From positions 49,106,001 to 49,170,000 of the forward strand of contig NC_045696.1 of the NCBI RefSeq assembly GCF_009834535.1: a stretch of DNA of 64,000 nt, in the 5' to 3' direction. Below are positions 38,950 to 53,000 of the stretch, one piece after another (position 1 is the first letter of the stretch; each line of letters begins with the position of its first letter). Under the pieces are notes generated by a model, which was not told where the DNA came from, did no database searches, and saw only the letters and a list, made by a program, of their open reading frames with translations. The translations under genes and the position numbers were made by a program. The DNA comes from Camelus ferus. Lineage: Eukaryota.

Positions 38950-40080
38950 AATAATGCAAGGGAAAATGAATTGTCTTATATTGGAAGTACAAAGTGACTT
39001 GAGATTACAGAATAAAGAGTGGTTTAACTGGGAATGGAGGAAGACTTAACTGAAGAGCTAATTTTCTAGCTGAACCTTGAAGGAAGAGTTTTCCTTTTGT
39101 GAGGGAAGGTCAGTGAAAAAAGAGGGCATTCCAGGCTGAAAAGAGCAGTGGACTGAGGACTCTGTGGAAGGAATTAATGTTTTCATGTGGGTCAAGCATG
39201 AGCTTCATGGAGGGGAATTATAGATTTTTGAATTCTTTGCTGATGCCGAGGAGATGAGACTTTGTATGGCAGGCAGGGAGAAAGTTTTGGAAGCAGGTAA
39301 CTACTGAGTCTGTCTGTGATTTAAGAATATTAGATACCTCTGATAGCAGTGTAAAAGATGTATGGGAGATATGAGAAGCAAGTGAAAGGGAAAACCATTG
39401 TGATTGTCCATGGGAAGAGAGGATTGTGGAGGTAAATGGCAATCTGGCAGAAGAATTTGAAGGGAGGGATGATAGTGAGAAGTAGATTATGTGGTGTTTG
39501 GATAGCATCATGGGTGAGGAGCTAAGAGTTGGATATGAATTTAGGTTTCTCTCTTGAATGACTAGAAAAGGACGGTTAAAGAATTGATGAGTCAATCTAG
39601 TGACTTTTTGGAGGCATTTTAATTTTGATGTCTCTGGGGCATATTTTTTGGAGCTATAGTTGAAAATTTGTTATGAGAGGGTAGGATGTGGAATTGGGAA
39701 TGATCAGGATTGAAGTATTTGTAATACATGAGCTGTTTCAGAGAGAGAGGAGGCAGAGAGGGAGAAGGGAAGGGAAGAAGAAGAGAAAAGGGAGGAAGGG
39801 GTAGTTGGGGCAGAAGACTGGGAAAAATTTTAAAGACTGAGGTAATTTGATTGGATAAGAGGGAGGGAGAGGAGAAATAATCTAGGAACAAAATATTGAT
39901 AAATAGACGAATGCATTTGATAGTTAAGTGGAGTGCATTGATGACTCAGTAATTTAGTAAAAGTGGTTAGGAGAAAAGTCAGATTCCAAAAAGCTAACTA
40001 AGGGGATAGTGAAGAAGTAGTAGGGTGTAAGGGTCTGCTCTTGGGAAAGAGGAAGATGAGTGAATAATTTGAGGGGAAAG
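38950..40080 (-). mobile_element. Degenerate L2 fragments
   Basis: Purine-rich antisense L2 motifs (agctgaaccttgaagga; gggcattccaggc; gcatttgatagttaagtggag..ttgatgac). Confidence 0.5.
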
Positions 40081-40094
40081 AATAATGTATCAGT

Positions 40095-40456
40095 TGTTAT
40101 AGACTTACTGTGTTGTCCCAAAATTCCTGTGTTGAAGCCCTAACTCCCAATGTGATGGTATCAGGAAGAGTTCTTTGGGAGGCGATTAGATTTAGATGAG
40201 GTCTTGAGGTTGAAACGTCCATAATGGGATTAGTGCCCTTGTAAGAGGAGGAAGAGACACTAGAGCTTCCTTTTTCCGTGATGTTGAGGATACAGCAAGA
40301 AGGTATCCATCTGCAAGCCAGGAAGAGAGTTCTTCCCAGAACCCAGCCATGCTAACATCCTAACCTTGGACTTCCTATCCTCCAGAACTGTGAAAAATAA
40401 ATGTTATTTAAACACACAGACTGCGGTATTTAACTATAGCAGCCTGAGCTAAGAAA
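40095..40456 (+). mobile_element. MLT1A-like MaLR solo LTR
   Basis: ccaaaattcctgtgttgaagccctaactcccaatgtgatggta...atgggattagtgcccttgtaagag...tccagaactgtga..aataaa...tatagcagcctgagctaaga. Confidence 0.85.
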
Positions 40457-41691
40457 GAAATAAGAGTTCTTAATTACAAACATTTTAGATTTAACTTTGG
40501 CTAAAAGAAAATTTATTGAAGAATACTGAGTGGTTCAGGTATGGAAATGAAGAACCAAAGGAGGCTTGGCATCCAGAACCAATATCCAGAATCATAGCCA
40601 GGAGAATGTCTAGGGGCAGACTGTCAAGGTCATTGCTCGCTGCCCCTTGAGACACAGGGTATTATAGCTTTGTCTCTTAAATTGGCATTGCTGCTCTTAG
40701 AAAGTAGATACTGTTACTGCCATAGCCCAAGAGAATATATTTTCCATGGTGTCCACTACAGAATGTTGAAGAAAAGCTTTTTGCTTTTTATGATGAGGCT
40801 TCTCTGTCTTTGGGAGGTGGATAGATGGGAAAAGCACATTCATATGGCAAGGTATAGGAACAGAAAGTAATGGAAACATTACGAACACAGGTGAGAGTGG
40901 CTAGCCTTAGAAATGATGAGAGGCTCTTCCTTCTACTAGACAGGGAAAAAGAAAATAATACGTGCAAGTACAGAGACACTTTCAAGTAAAAGAGATAGAA
41001 GTTACGGACAAGTTTGATCTTTAGTGATTTAAATGATAAATTTTGAGAATAAATGAATGCAGGCTGATGCTGAGACTTAGTAGTAGAACCTTTGGGCAAA
41101 AATGGAATAAGACATCAACTGAGAATGAATAAAATGATGGATCAGTATTGAAGCCATGAGTTGGCATAACATGAACTTGTAAAATATGAATGATGATGTG
41201 GAGCTGGTAATAAGTTTATATTGGATGTTGTTAGTATTTAATTGACCACTGTGTCTACCAGAGATTATTCTAGTTACTCTGAAAAAAATAGCTGATAAAA
41301 GGATAAAATGTGTCTTAGGGGACCAATTATATTTATTTTTGAAAGAGGTAGACTAGAGCTAGGCTACTGAGTGGTTTTGAATATGTGATGTTACTGAAGT
41401 TTGAATATGATATAGGTAAAGTAGTATTTAAGGAATACTGATTTATCACAAGCAGGTTAATCTGAATGTAGAGTTAAGACCTGAATGAGGATGATAATGG
41501 TAGAAAAGAAAGGGAAGAGTTTGAAAACAGGAGATAATAAAAAGGCAAAATAATACTTCTTGATGATCCCAGGATATGAGTAATGGGGAAAAATTCATGC
41601 ATTTGGATATTTTGCATTAGACAGATAGAAGAATGCTGTAAGTATTGCTGAAAGGGAGGTTGAGGTAAGAATTAGATATTACATGGAAGGA

Positions 41692-42150
41692 TGTGTTAGT
41701 TTCCTAGGGCTGCCATAACAAAATACTACAAACTGGGTGGCTTACAATAACAGAACTTTATTCTCTCACAGTACTGGAGCCCAGATGTCTGAAATCAAGG
41801 TGTCAGCAGGGCCATGATCTGTCTAAGACGCTGGGTACAATCCTTCCTTGCCTCATCCCAACTTCCAGTGGTGGCCAGCATCTAGGTCTTTGAATTGCAG
41901 CTGCTTACTACAGTCACTGTCTTTGTCATCATGTGCCGTTCTCCCTGTCTGTTTCTGTCTAAGTGTGTTTCTCTTCTAGTAAGGACAGCAATCATATTGG
42001 ATTAAATCCACCTTAATCCAGTTTGACCTTATCTTAATTTGCATCTTAATTACGTCTACAAAGACCTTATTTCCAAATAAGGTCACATTCACAGGTACTC
42101 GGAGTTAGGGCGTCAGCATATTTTTAAAGGAGATGCAACACCTCATAACA
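41692..42150 (-). mobile_element. MLT1B/C-like MaLR solo LTR
   Basis: tgtgttagtttcctagggctgccataacaaa...ataaca, with 5-bp TSD AAGGA/AAGGG. Confidence 0.88.
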
Positions 42151-42339
42151 AAGGGGTAATAGTTTTGGTTTTGACCATGTTAATTGTGAGATTTGAGGCT
42201 TGATTCAAGTCAAAGTGCCAGGTAAATAATAGCATTTGAAGATGTGAAGTATGGGCTGGCTTGAACAAGACTTGAGACACAGATTTAGGAAATATTAAAA
42301 CTTTCTGTATCTATCTAGCTGGCTAGCTATACATATGTA

Positions 42340-45300
42340 TACATACACACAGAAAACTATAAATAGTAAATGTGCAGTTGGATGAATGTTACAAAGTGAG
42401 CATATCCATGAAACCATCACCCTAGTCAAGAAATAAATCTTTAACAGCACTCCAGAAGCCCCTCTCCCACTCCTTTCCAATCATGAATCCTCTCTTCCCC
42501 AGTAATAACCACAGTTCTGACTTCTAACATCATAAGTTAGCTTTACCTGTTTTCGAACTTTATATAGTATTTCTTTGCTGATATTGTGAGGTTCATCCAT
42601 GTTGTATGTATGTAGCAGAAGTTTTTTTTTTTTAGCACCACTGTACAGTATTCTGTTCCATAACTAATCCATAATTTATCAGCTTTAATGTTGGGCAGAC
42701 AGTTGATTTATTTTCACTTCGAGGCTTTTATGAATAGTACTGCTGTGAACATCATTGTACAAGTCTTTCTCAACTTACGAGGGGGTTATAGCCTGATAAG
42801 TTGAAAATATCTTAAGTCAAAATGAATTTAAGACACCTATCCTAACAACATCACACCTTAGCCTAGCCTATCTTAAACGTGCTCAGAACACTTACATTAG
42901 CCTATAATTGGACTAGTCATCTAGCACAAAGTTTGTTTTTAATATAGTGTTGAGTATCTCATGTAATTTACTGATTCCTGTACTGAAAGTGAAAAACAGA
43001 ATGATTGTATTGGTATAGAATGGTTGTAAGTGTATAGGTTGTTTACCCTTGTGATGGCTTGGCTAATTGGGGGCTGCAGCTTGCTGCCACTACTCAGCAT
43101 CATGAGAGTATCCTACTGCTTATTGGTAGCCCAGGAAAAGATCAAAATTCAAGATTTGAAGTACAGTTTCTGCTGAATGTATGTTGCTTTTACATCACCA
43201 TAAAGTCAAAAAATAAAGTTGAACCACTGTAAGTTGGGGACCATCTGTACTGCTCTTTTGCTGGTGAAATTGCTGGTTCATTTTATGTAAGTTTTTGTTG
43301 AAAAAGTTTTCCGAAGTGTTTATAACAACTTATAATTCCCACCAGTAACGTATAAGAGTTTCAGTTGCTCTGTTGCCTCACCAGCCCAATGTAATATCAG
43401 TATTTTTCCTTTATCCATTCTGATCATTATGTAATGGTATAAATAACATTGTGATTGTAATTTATATTTATATTTCTGATGGCTGAGATCTAAGGATTAT
43501 GGACTATTTGAATATCCTCCTGTGAAGTACCTGTTAATTCTCTTCCCTTTTTATTTAGTTGGATTGTCATTTATGGATTTCTAGTTGTTTTTGGCTGCTG
43601 GATGTGAACCACACATCAGTTGTTTGTATTGCAAATATCTTCTTCCATTCTGACCTTTTCACTGTTTTAATAGTGTTTGTAGACGAACACCTTAAAATCT
43701 ATCCATGTAGTCAAAAAACCAGTCTTTTTCTTTATGATTAATTCTTTGTGTCTTATTAACAAAATCTCTATTACACCATCATGAAAACATTTTTCCCTAG
43801 AAACTTTATTATTTTGCCTTTAATATGATAACATCTAGAATTTATTTTTGTAATTATGAAGTAAGGTCCAAATTTTTTTCATTTACTCTCTATTTATGGG
43901 AAAGACTCTGCTTTGCAATACTGCTTTTATAATAAATCAAGTAGCCATATATGTCTGGGTTTATTTTTGTATTCTCTTCTTTGTTTCATTGGTCCATTTT
44001 ACTATTTTTGCATAAATATCACAATGTCTCATTATAGCTGTATAATATATCCTGGTATTGGGTGCAGTGAAGTCCACCTACTTATTTAAGTTTATTGTAG
44101 CTAATCTTGGCCCTTTTCCTTTCCATGTAAATTTTAGTAGCAGTTTATCAATTTTCAAAAAAATCTGCAGGGGTTTTTAGTGCTACTGCATTAAATCCAT
44201 ATGAATTCATATGGGGCTAAATTGACATCTTTATAATACTAAATCTTGCAATCCATGACCTGGTTTATCTCTCCATTTCCTGAGATTCCCTTTACTATCT
44301 TTCCATTAAACTTTCTAGTTTTTTCTATATGTAGATGTCTTGCATAACTATACATTTTAGATTAAATTTAGTCTAAGTTAATTATACATTTCAAGTAATT
44401 TTTTATATTATAAATGATATTTTAAAATATTACTAGTTTTTCACAGGCATATAAAAATATAATTGATTTTTGATATTGTGACCTTATATCCAGAGACCTT
44501 GCTAAATAACTTCATTTATTTCTAATACTTTGTTGAATCTTTTGGATTTCCCATGTATACAGTCATGCCATCTGTGAATAATTAAAGCCTTATTTCTCTC
44601 CAGTCCTTATACTTTTTTTTTTCTTTTCCTTTGCTTGTTGTACTGGCTAGGACCTTCACTATGATATTGAATTAGAGTGGTGACTACAGGCATTGTTGTC
44701 TCATTCCTAATCTCAGAGGTAAAAAAGTGTTCAACATTTCAAAATTTAGTATGATGTTTGCTGTAGGTTTCTTGTTTTTAAATAGAACTCTTTTTATCAG
44801 ATTAGGAAAATTTGTTTCTGTTCTTAGATTGCTTCAGAATTTTTATCATAAATGGTGTTTAATTTATCAGATGCTTTATCTTAATTTTGAATTGATATTA
44901 TGAGCTTTTTTTTAAGTGGTGAATTACAGTAAAAACCACCTTTGTATTTTTGGAATAACTCCAGTTTAGTTTTGATGAATATATCTTTATTCTGTTACTG
45001 GATTCAACTGACTATTATTTTCTTTGTTTTTTCTTCCCCATCTACATTTATTAGTTAAATTGGCCTTCCTTTAATTTTCCTTTCTTATAATGCTCTTGCC
45101 AAGTTTTGGTATCAGGGTCATGCTAGATTCATTAAAAAATTGAGAATTAATGCATCTTTTTCTATTTTGTGTAAGAGTTTAAGATGGGTACGATTTTCTT
45201 TTTCCTTTAACTGGTGGAATTTGTTGGTAAAGCCATCTGGGCCTGAAGTATTTTTTATGGGAAGAATTTTTAGTTACAGTTCAATTTTTAAATAATTATG

Positions 45301-45730
45301 CTACTGTTTAGATTTTCTTTCTTCTTGTGCCATTGTGTTTTTATAGAATTTGTCAGTTTCATGCTTTCACATCAGTTGACATGAAGTGACATGAAGTTGT
45401 TCATGATGTTCATTTATTATCTTTTTAGTGCCTGGAGGATCTGTAGTGATGCCCCCATTCTCATTCCTCGTATTTGTATTTTGGGTATTATTTTCTATAT
45501 CAGTCTTGCCAGGAGTTTACCAATGTTATTAGACTTTTTGAAGAACCCATCTTTGACTCATGGTTGATACTCTTATTGTTTGTTTTCTTTTTCATTATTA
45601 CCTGTTTCGTAGTCTGCTTTTAGGGAGGGTTTATTTTCTATTCTTTTTCTTTTTCTAGAGAAGAACAGTTAGATTATTGATTTTTAGCATTTCTCTTTTT
45701 CTTATATATGCATTTGAGCCTATATATTTT
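42340..45730 (-). mobile_element. Old L1M (3'UTR plus much of ORF2), heavily decayed, interrupted by a Tigger element
   Basis: Collinear antisense ORF2 remnants (aattgacatcttta; catgccatctgtgaata; ggtaaagccatctgggcctg). Confidence 0.82.
42760..43247 (+). mobile_element. MER47/Tigger5-type TcMar DNA transposon
   Basis: TIR-like ends (ctcaacttacga / tgtaagttggggaccatctg), TA on both sides, internal cttagcctagcctatcttaaacgtgctcagaacacttacattagcc. Confidence 0.85.
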
Positions 45731-46165
45731 CCAAATAAGGTCACATTCACAGGTTCACACCTCCTAATTACTGTGTCTGCATCTGTGTTTTATTTTTTTT
45801 CCACTATAATATGTGAACTTTTGCTAGATGAATTTTCCTAGCTAATTTTTTGTCTTCCTGTATTCTCACTCTACAGTATTACTTATTTTTTTCCCCTCTT
45901 GCTTATTTACACTTTCCCTGACTAGCTTTTAAGCTCCTGAAGGATAAGCCCCTGGTCAATATAGGTAGGTGATAAATAAGTGTTAGTGAAAAAAATGGAT
46001 GTGCAAACAAAGTGAATTAAGAATTTGCCTTTCTGACTTCATCTCTGTTGTTACCAGTACTTGGATTTTTCTTACTTCTCCAAACTTTTCTTGCATTTTA
46101 TGTTTCTGTGAATCTTTTTACTTTTGTGCTTCTTCTACAGTTCACCTTGCCTAAGATTCAGCTTA

Positions 46166-46279
46166 TGAAAACAAATGTATGTAAATTCATGTATGACTGA
46201 AACTTTGTGCTATACACCAGAAATTGACACAACATTGTAAACTGACTATACTTCAATTTTAAAAAATAAAAACAAAAAA
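46166..46279 (+). mobile_element. 114-bp L1 3' tip with A-rich tail and TSD
   Basis: tgtgctatacaccagaaattgacacaacattgtaaactgactatacttcaatt plus A tail. TSD AAGATTCAGCTTA (46153-46165) / AAGATTCAGTTTA (46280-46292). Confidence 0.88.
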
Positions 46280-48538
46280 AAGATTCAGTTTAAATTCTGC
46301 TATCCCACAGATTTACCAAATAAAATTAGAATGGCTAGTTTAGGCTTAGCTGAAAGAAAATTTTACTTTCTAGATGCAGCTTTTTTCATTGTACACACTT
46401 CTCTCATTCCTTCTCCCAAATCTCTAAGTTTTCACCCTCAACTATGGTGGCTTTCATAAAGGTGATTTAACCTATTTTGCCTTAGAATGTCTAGGCTTAC
46501 AACTGTTATTCTGGCATATTTATCAATAATGCTCCTTCGCTTCCCTTTCACTCTAAAAGATGTTTTGGCTTAGGTAACAAATTATATGATCACTCTACCA
46601 TACATCCATTGCCTTGAATGTCTTATTTTCTCTTCTAGATCCTCAGCTCTTGGAAGTCTCAGGCTATACTATTTTCTACCTTGTAATACTTAGTACTTAA
46701 TATTCAGTGAATGAAATACAGTAAATATTACAATGAGCTCTTACTATGTGCCATGTATACTTATACTTTTATTTTGTTGATATTAACTCACTTATTTTTT
46801 CAACGTAGACTTATCTTGTAATTTCTAATCCTTTGCCCCGGTATTTTTCATTTATAGCAGCCTTGCAAAATCTTAACTCTCCATCAGTTCAGCTGTACAA
46901 ATTCTTTATGCTTACCTCTCAGCTACTAGAGGGACTTGAGGAGAAAAAATCATATAACCATGAAGATTGGCACCATTATAGAATCAGGGTTTAGCTTCAA
47001 CTGCATCTCAGGTTTTTTTTCAGTAATTTTCCTTTGGTTTAGTCAGTACATGCTCCCATGTTTGAATTTTTTCTTAAAAATTTTACTCTAACCTTGTTAA
47101 TTAGGTAATAGTAGCCCCATTTTGTAAGTGATAAAATAGGCTTTCAAGTACCCAGGGTCACTCTGGTAATAATGTAGAGATCGGTGTGTTCTTGAATCTA
47201 GATTAGTCTGGCTCCAAAGTTCTTGCTTTTTTATTCCATTCTGTTACCATTAACAATTTTAAGTCTCATTTTTAGGTCTGAGAAGTATTATACTGAAGAA
47301 CCATAAGCTCCATGTACTTGTTTAGAGATGCCTCTTTTAAAACAGAGATTTTTGGATTATTAATGTATGTTGTATAAATGTGTATATAAATTTTTAGGTG
47401 GAACATTCATTATAGGGGGCTATCATGAGAATTGATAATAGGTAAGTGTTTTCAAAGCACTAATTCTTTGCAGTGTCTACTTCATCTGAGAATATTTACA
47501 TGTTCGCAGACCTTTAGATTTTATGTGTCAGTTATAATAATAAGGTTAAAGTAAATTTAAGGATCAGAAATAAATACACTAGTATGGTTAAAAAACAATT
47601 CCATTGTTTGAAAGTTGCTTACTGTTGGGTATAAATTTTACTTCTGGAATAACAGTAAGGCCTAAGATAATATAGTTACTACAGTATTTTGGGGAATATG
47701 TTTTATTATGATTAAAACTCATAATTTCATTAGTGTTTAAAAATTGTTACAATTTCACAATTTGAAATAGGAATGGAGAGAGTGAAGTCTTGTAATTGTT
47801 ATGAATACCCATTCTCTACGCGTTTCACTTCTAGTGGAAGTAGTGCTGACTTAAGAACTACAGCCCCCCTCTGCTTTTTTATTTTGAAAATCATTGAGCT
47901 TTTGAATATCTCCATTAATAGACATTCTACGTTTTCTTTCTCTGAAATGTTTAGAATTTATTCATAACATTCTCAGCATGATGGAGTTGGAAAGTTTACT
48001 TCTCAAAGCCAAGAGGCTTCTTGTGTGTTTTGCCACTAGCCGTATGATAAGGGCAAATCACTTCACTGTCTCTGTAAAATGAGATTAAATCAGATGTACT
48101 GTAAATTCTCTTCCTACTCTAAGATTTTGTGCTTCTTTTCTGAAAATATGAAGTAATCTACTTATAAGCATGAAGCAGATTCAACTAAAGAGAAGCTTTT
48201 TTTATGTAGGTTGATTAAATCAAGATGTTTATTTGAAATTAAAAGGTAGTGATTGAGAATAGTGGGTGGAAACATTTTAAAAGGAACAATTTATAAAGAC
48301 TGAAATTCCTACTGAAGTAAAGATGATGTACAGTGGGATGAAATTTATATTTAGTATTAATATATATGAATATTCTAGTAGAAGTTTGTTATCTCTTGAA
48401 CCTGTTATTTCCTGTGCTGGTTATATGTAAATCATTATAGAAATCTAAACTTTAAAAAAATTAACTCTTTGAAGTTGATATATTTAAGCTTTCTCGAAAA
48501 CTCAGACCTGTAGTTAACGATTGAATTCCATTCTAGAA

Positions 48539-48738
48539 CTGTGCTGGCTAGAACTTTCTGCAGTGAAGCAGATGTTATAAAGCTGTACTCTTCCATACTG
48601 TAGTCACTAGCCACATGTAGCAATTGAGCACTTGAAATAGTGGCTAGTATAACTAAAAGCCTGAATTGTAACTTTTATTTAATTCTAATTAATTTAAATT
48701 TAAATAGCCATATGTGACTAGTGGCTGGGACAGTGCTG
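48539..48738. mobile_element. MER3-like hAT-Charlie element
   Basis: gtagtcactagccacatgtagcaattgagcacttgaaat...aatttaaatttaaatagcca; flanks TTCTAGAA / TTCTATGA. Confidence 0.8.
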
Positions 48739-49591
48739 TTCTATGAAAAAGCTAAGCACTGTGCCAGAAGGGAATTAGAAAACTTCAGTTCTAGTTCTCT
48801 ACTGTGTCGTTTCTGAAACTGGCTTTTACCCATTTTGGACCCAGCCTTCCCTCCAGTCTTATTTTATTTCTGTATTTTGTCCTCATACTGGATCTTTGCT
48901 TAGCCTGGAATGGTCTTCTGGCCAATGAAAGTCTTAGCCTTCAAGACATAGCTTATATGCCACCTCTTGGAAAGCTTTCCCTGATCCTCTGGACTATGGC
49001 AAATGGTACTGTCTCTTACTATTTATATGACCTGCAGTAAGTCTTTTAACCCTTTTGATTTTTGATCGCTCATATGGAAAAAAAATTATCTGTGCACCTC
49101 ACCATGTGGTTTTTTTGGAGGAAGAGCTGGGATATGGGGATCAGATGAATGGTGTATATGAAAGCTCTTTAACAGTTTTCAAGAACATAACAACTGTAAA
49201 GTAGTGAGATATTTTATAATTGTGAAAACTGAGTCTCAGAGAGATTGACTTTTCCATTGTCTCACATTTTCTGCCTCACTTTGCTTAGTACTTCAATTCC
49301 AGTAATTGTTTAGTTACATTTGTTTCTGTAATCCTTTAACCCTTATTTCCTTCTTGACTAAAGTCTGTAGTCTGCCATTGAAATTATTTCTTTGCCTGCA
49401 CATCAATCAACTGCTTGTTCATCTCTCTTTTAATTTTGCTAGCCTGGTTAATCTCTCACCCAATCTTTACTCCTTGCCTTCTCCATTTCTCCACTCAGGC
49501 AGCAGCCGAATGCTGCTTGTTGTTACTGTAATTCAAGATTAGTATGTACAAGTGGCTCTTGGTACTGTTCTGAAATCATATATTTTCCTAG

Positions 49592-49690
49592 TTAACAGTT
49601 CTCAAACTCTCTGGTCTTGGGACTTTTTAGTACTCTAAAAAATTATCGAGGACTGCAGTGAGCTTTTCTTAATGTGGATCTTATCTGTCG
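49592..49690. mobile_element. Charlie1(b)-like hAT element, left part (split by full-length L1)
   Basis: gttctcaaactctctggtcttgggac...aaaaattatcgaggac...gagcttttcttaatgtgg. The consensus continues at 55930. Confidence 0.8.
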
Positions 49691-49691
49691 G

Positions 49692-49743
49692 TATGTATGT
49701 ATGTATGTATGTATGTATGTATGTATGTATGTATTTATTTATT
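49692..49743. repeat. (TATG)10(TATT)3 microsatellite occupying the L1 tail position
   Basis: Read directly, at the 3' end of the minus-strand L1. Confidence 0.9.
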
Positions 49744-50059
49744 TAATTTTTTCCAGTTTTATTATGTAGAATTATTACAGTTCAACTGCACATGCACATT
49801 ATATTGCATGTAAGTATACATATAAATAGTACATTGCACATTTTTTAGTTTTCATGTATGTAGTAATTATTGTTTCTAAGAACAGATTAGATCTTTAGCT
49901 TTTTAAACTTACATAATTATCAAAGGAATAAAGCCAAGTATAAAATAAGAATCAACAGAATGTGGTAAGCCAATTATAAGGGACAGTCAGATGTGCTTAC
50001 ACATATTCAAGAAATCAAAATAATAATTAGTTCATTTGTGTCATTATTATTGTTATTTT

Positions 50060-53000
50060 TTAGATTCTTCATATAAATGATGTCATATGGCATTTTTCTT
50101 TCTCTTTCCAGCCCACTTCACTTTGAATGACAGTCTTCAGGTCCATCCGTATTGCTGCAAATGGAATTATTTTATTCTTTTTATGGCTAAGTAGTGTTCC
50201 ATTGTATATATGTACCACATCTTCTTTATCCAGTCATCTTTTGATGGACATTTGGGTTGTTTCCATGTCTTGGATATCGTAGATAGTGCTGCTAAGAACA
50301 TTAGGGTGCATGTGTCTTTTTGAATTTTATTTTTCTCTGGGTATATGCCCAGGAGTGGGATTGCTGTATCTCGTAAGTCTATTTTCAGATTTTTAAGGAA
50401 CCTCCGTACTGTCCTCCATAGTGGCTGCACCAATCTACATTCCCACCAACAGTGTAGGAGGGTTCCCTTTTCTCCACACCCTCTCCAGAATCTATCATTT
50501 GTAGACTTTTCAATTTTGGCCATTCTGGCTGGTATAAAGTGATATCTCATTGTAGTTTTGATCTGCATTTCTCTGACAATTAATGATGCTGAGCATTTTT
50601 TCATGTGCCTATTGGCCATTTGTATATCTTCATTGGAGAATTGCTTGTTTAGGTCTTCTGCCCATTTTTGGATTGGGTTGTTTGTTTGTTTGGTATTAAG
50701 GTGTATGAGCTGTTTGTGTATTTTGGAAATTAGTCCCTTGTTAGTCACATCATTTGCAAATATTTTCTCCCATTCTGTAAGCTGTCTTTTCGTTTTGTTG
50801 ATGGTATCCTTAGCTGTGCAAAAGCTTTTAAGTTTAATTAGATCCCATTTATTTATTTTTGCTTTTAATTCCAATACTCCAGGAGCTGGTTCAGAAAATA
50901 TATTGCTGTGATATATGTCTGTGAGTGTTCTGCCTATGTTTTCCTCTATGAGTTTTATAGTATCTGGTCTTACATTTAGGTCTTTAATCCATTTTGAGTT
51001 TATTTTTGTACATGGTGTTAGAGAATGTTCTAATTTTAGTCTTTTGCAGGTAGCTGTCCAGTTTTCCCAGCACCACTTATTGAAGAGGCTGTCTTTTCTC
51101 CATTGTATATTCTTGCCCTCTTTGTCATAGGTTAATTGACCATACGTGTGTTGGGTTATTTCTGGACTTTCTGTCCTGTTCCATTGATCTATGTGTCTGT
51201 TTTTGTGCCAGTATCATACTGTTTTGATTACTGTAGCTTTGTAGTATAGTCTGAAGTCAGGGAGCATGATTCCCTCAGCTCCATTGTTCTTTTTCAAGAT
51301 TGTTTTGGCTTTTCGAGGTCTTTTGTGTTTCCATACAAATTTTAACATTTTTTGTTCTAGCTCTGTGAAGAATGGCTTTAGTAACTTGATAGGGATTGCA
51401 TTGAATCGGTGAATTGCCTTGGGCAGTATGACCATTTTAACAGTATTGATTCTTTCAATCCAAGAACGTGGTATATCTTTCCATTTGTTTATGTTGTCTT
51501 CAGTTTCCTTCATCAGTGTCTTATAGTTTTCGACATTTAGATCTTTTGCATCCTTGGGTAGATTTATTCCCAGGTATTTTATTCTTTTTGGCATGATGGT
51601 AAATGATATCATTTCCTTAATTTCCCTTTCTCCTATTTCATTGTTAGTGTATAGAAATGCAACTGATTTCTGTATATTAATTTTGTATCCTGCAACTTTA
51701 CCATATTCATTGATGAGTTCTAGTAGTTTTCTGGTTGCTTCTTTAGGGTTTTCTATGTATAGTGTCATGTCATCTGCAAACAGTGACAGTTTTATTTCTT
51801 CGTTTTCCAATTTGAATTCCTTTTATTTATTTTTCTTCTCTGGTTGCTATGGCTAAGACTTCCAAAACTATGTTGAATGAAAGTGGTAAGAGTGGGCATC
51901 CTTGTCTTGTTCCTGATCTTAGAGGGAATGCTTTCAGGTTTCTCCCACTAAGTATGATGTTAGCTGTAGGTTTGTCATATATGTCCTTTATTATATTAAG
52001 ATATGTTTGTCTGTGCCCACTTTCTGAAGAGTTTTGATCATAAATGGGTGTTGAATTTTATCAAAAGCTTTTTCTGCATCTATTGAGAGTATCATATGGT
52101 TTTTATTCTTCAATTTGTTAATGTGGTGTATCACGTTGATTGATTTGTGTATATGGAAAAATCCCTGCTTCCCTGGGATAAATCTGACTTGATCATAGTG
52201 TATGATCCTTTTAATGCATTGTTGGAGTTGATTTGCTGGTATTTTCTTGAGGATTTTTGCATCTATATTCATAAATGATATTGGCCTATAATTTTCTTTT
52301 TTTATGATATCCTTGGCTGGTTTCGGTATCAGGGTGATTATGGCCTCATAGAATGAGTTTGGAAGTGTTCCTTCCTCTGCAGTTTTTTTTAGAATAGTTT
52401 CAGAAGGATAGGTGTTAACCCTTCCCTAAATATTTGGTAGAATTCACCTGTGAAGCCATCTGGTCCTGGACTTTTGTTTGTTGGGAGGTTTTTAATTACT
52501 GATTCAATTTCAGTACTGGTAATTGGTCTATTCATATTGTCTATTTCTTCCTGGTTTAGTCTTGGCAGATTGTACCTTTCTAAGAAATTGTCCATTTCTC
52601 TGCGTTGTCCTTTTTGTTGGAGTATAGTTGTTCATAGTATCCTCTTATGATTCTTTGCATTTCTGTGGTATCGGTTGTAACTTTTCCTTTTTAATTTCTG
52701 ATTTTGTTAATTTGGGCCCTCTCCCTTTTTTCTTGATGAGTCTGACTAAAGGCTTATCAATTTTGTTTATCTTTTCAAAGAACCAGCTTTTAGTTTCGTT
52801 GATCTTTTCTATTGTTTTTAAAGTCTCTATTTCATTTATTTCTGCTCTAATCTTTATGATTTCTTTTCTCCTGCTAACTTTGAGGTGTGTTTGTTCTTTC
52901 TCCAGCTGCCTAAAGTGTAAGGTTAGGTTGTTTACTTGAGATTTTCTCGTTTTCTGAGGTATGCTTGTGTTGCTATAAACTTCCTTCTGAGAACTGTTTT

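Noticed and set aside
45375..45397. Tandem TGACATGAAG duplication, and a short repeat (tagttgtactat) at ~1217-1248
   Set aside because: Simple local slippage inside decayed repeats, with no array or spacer structure.
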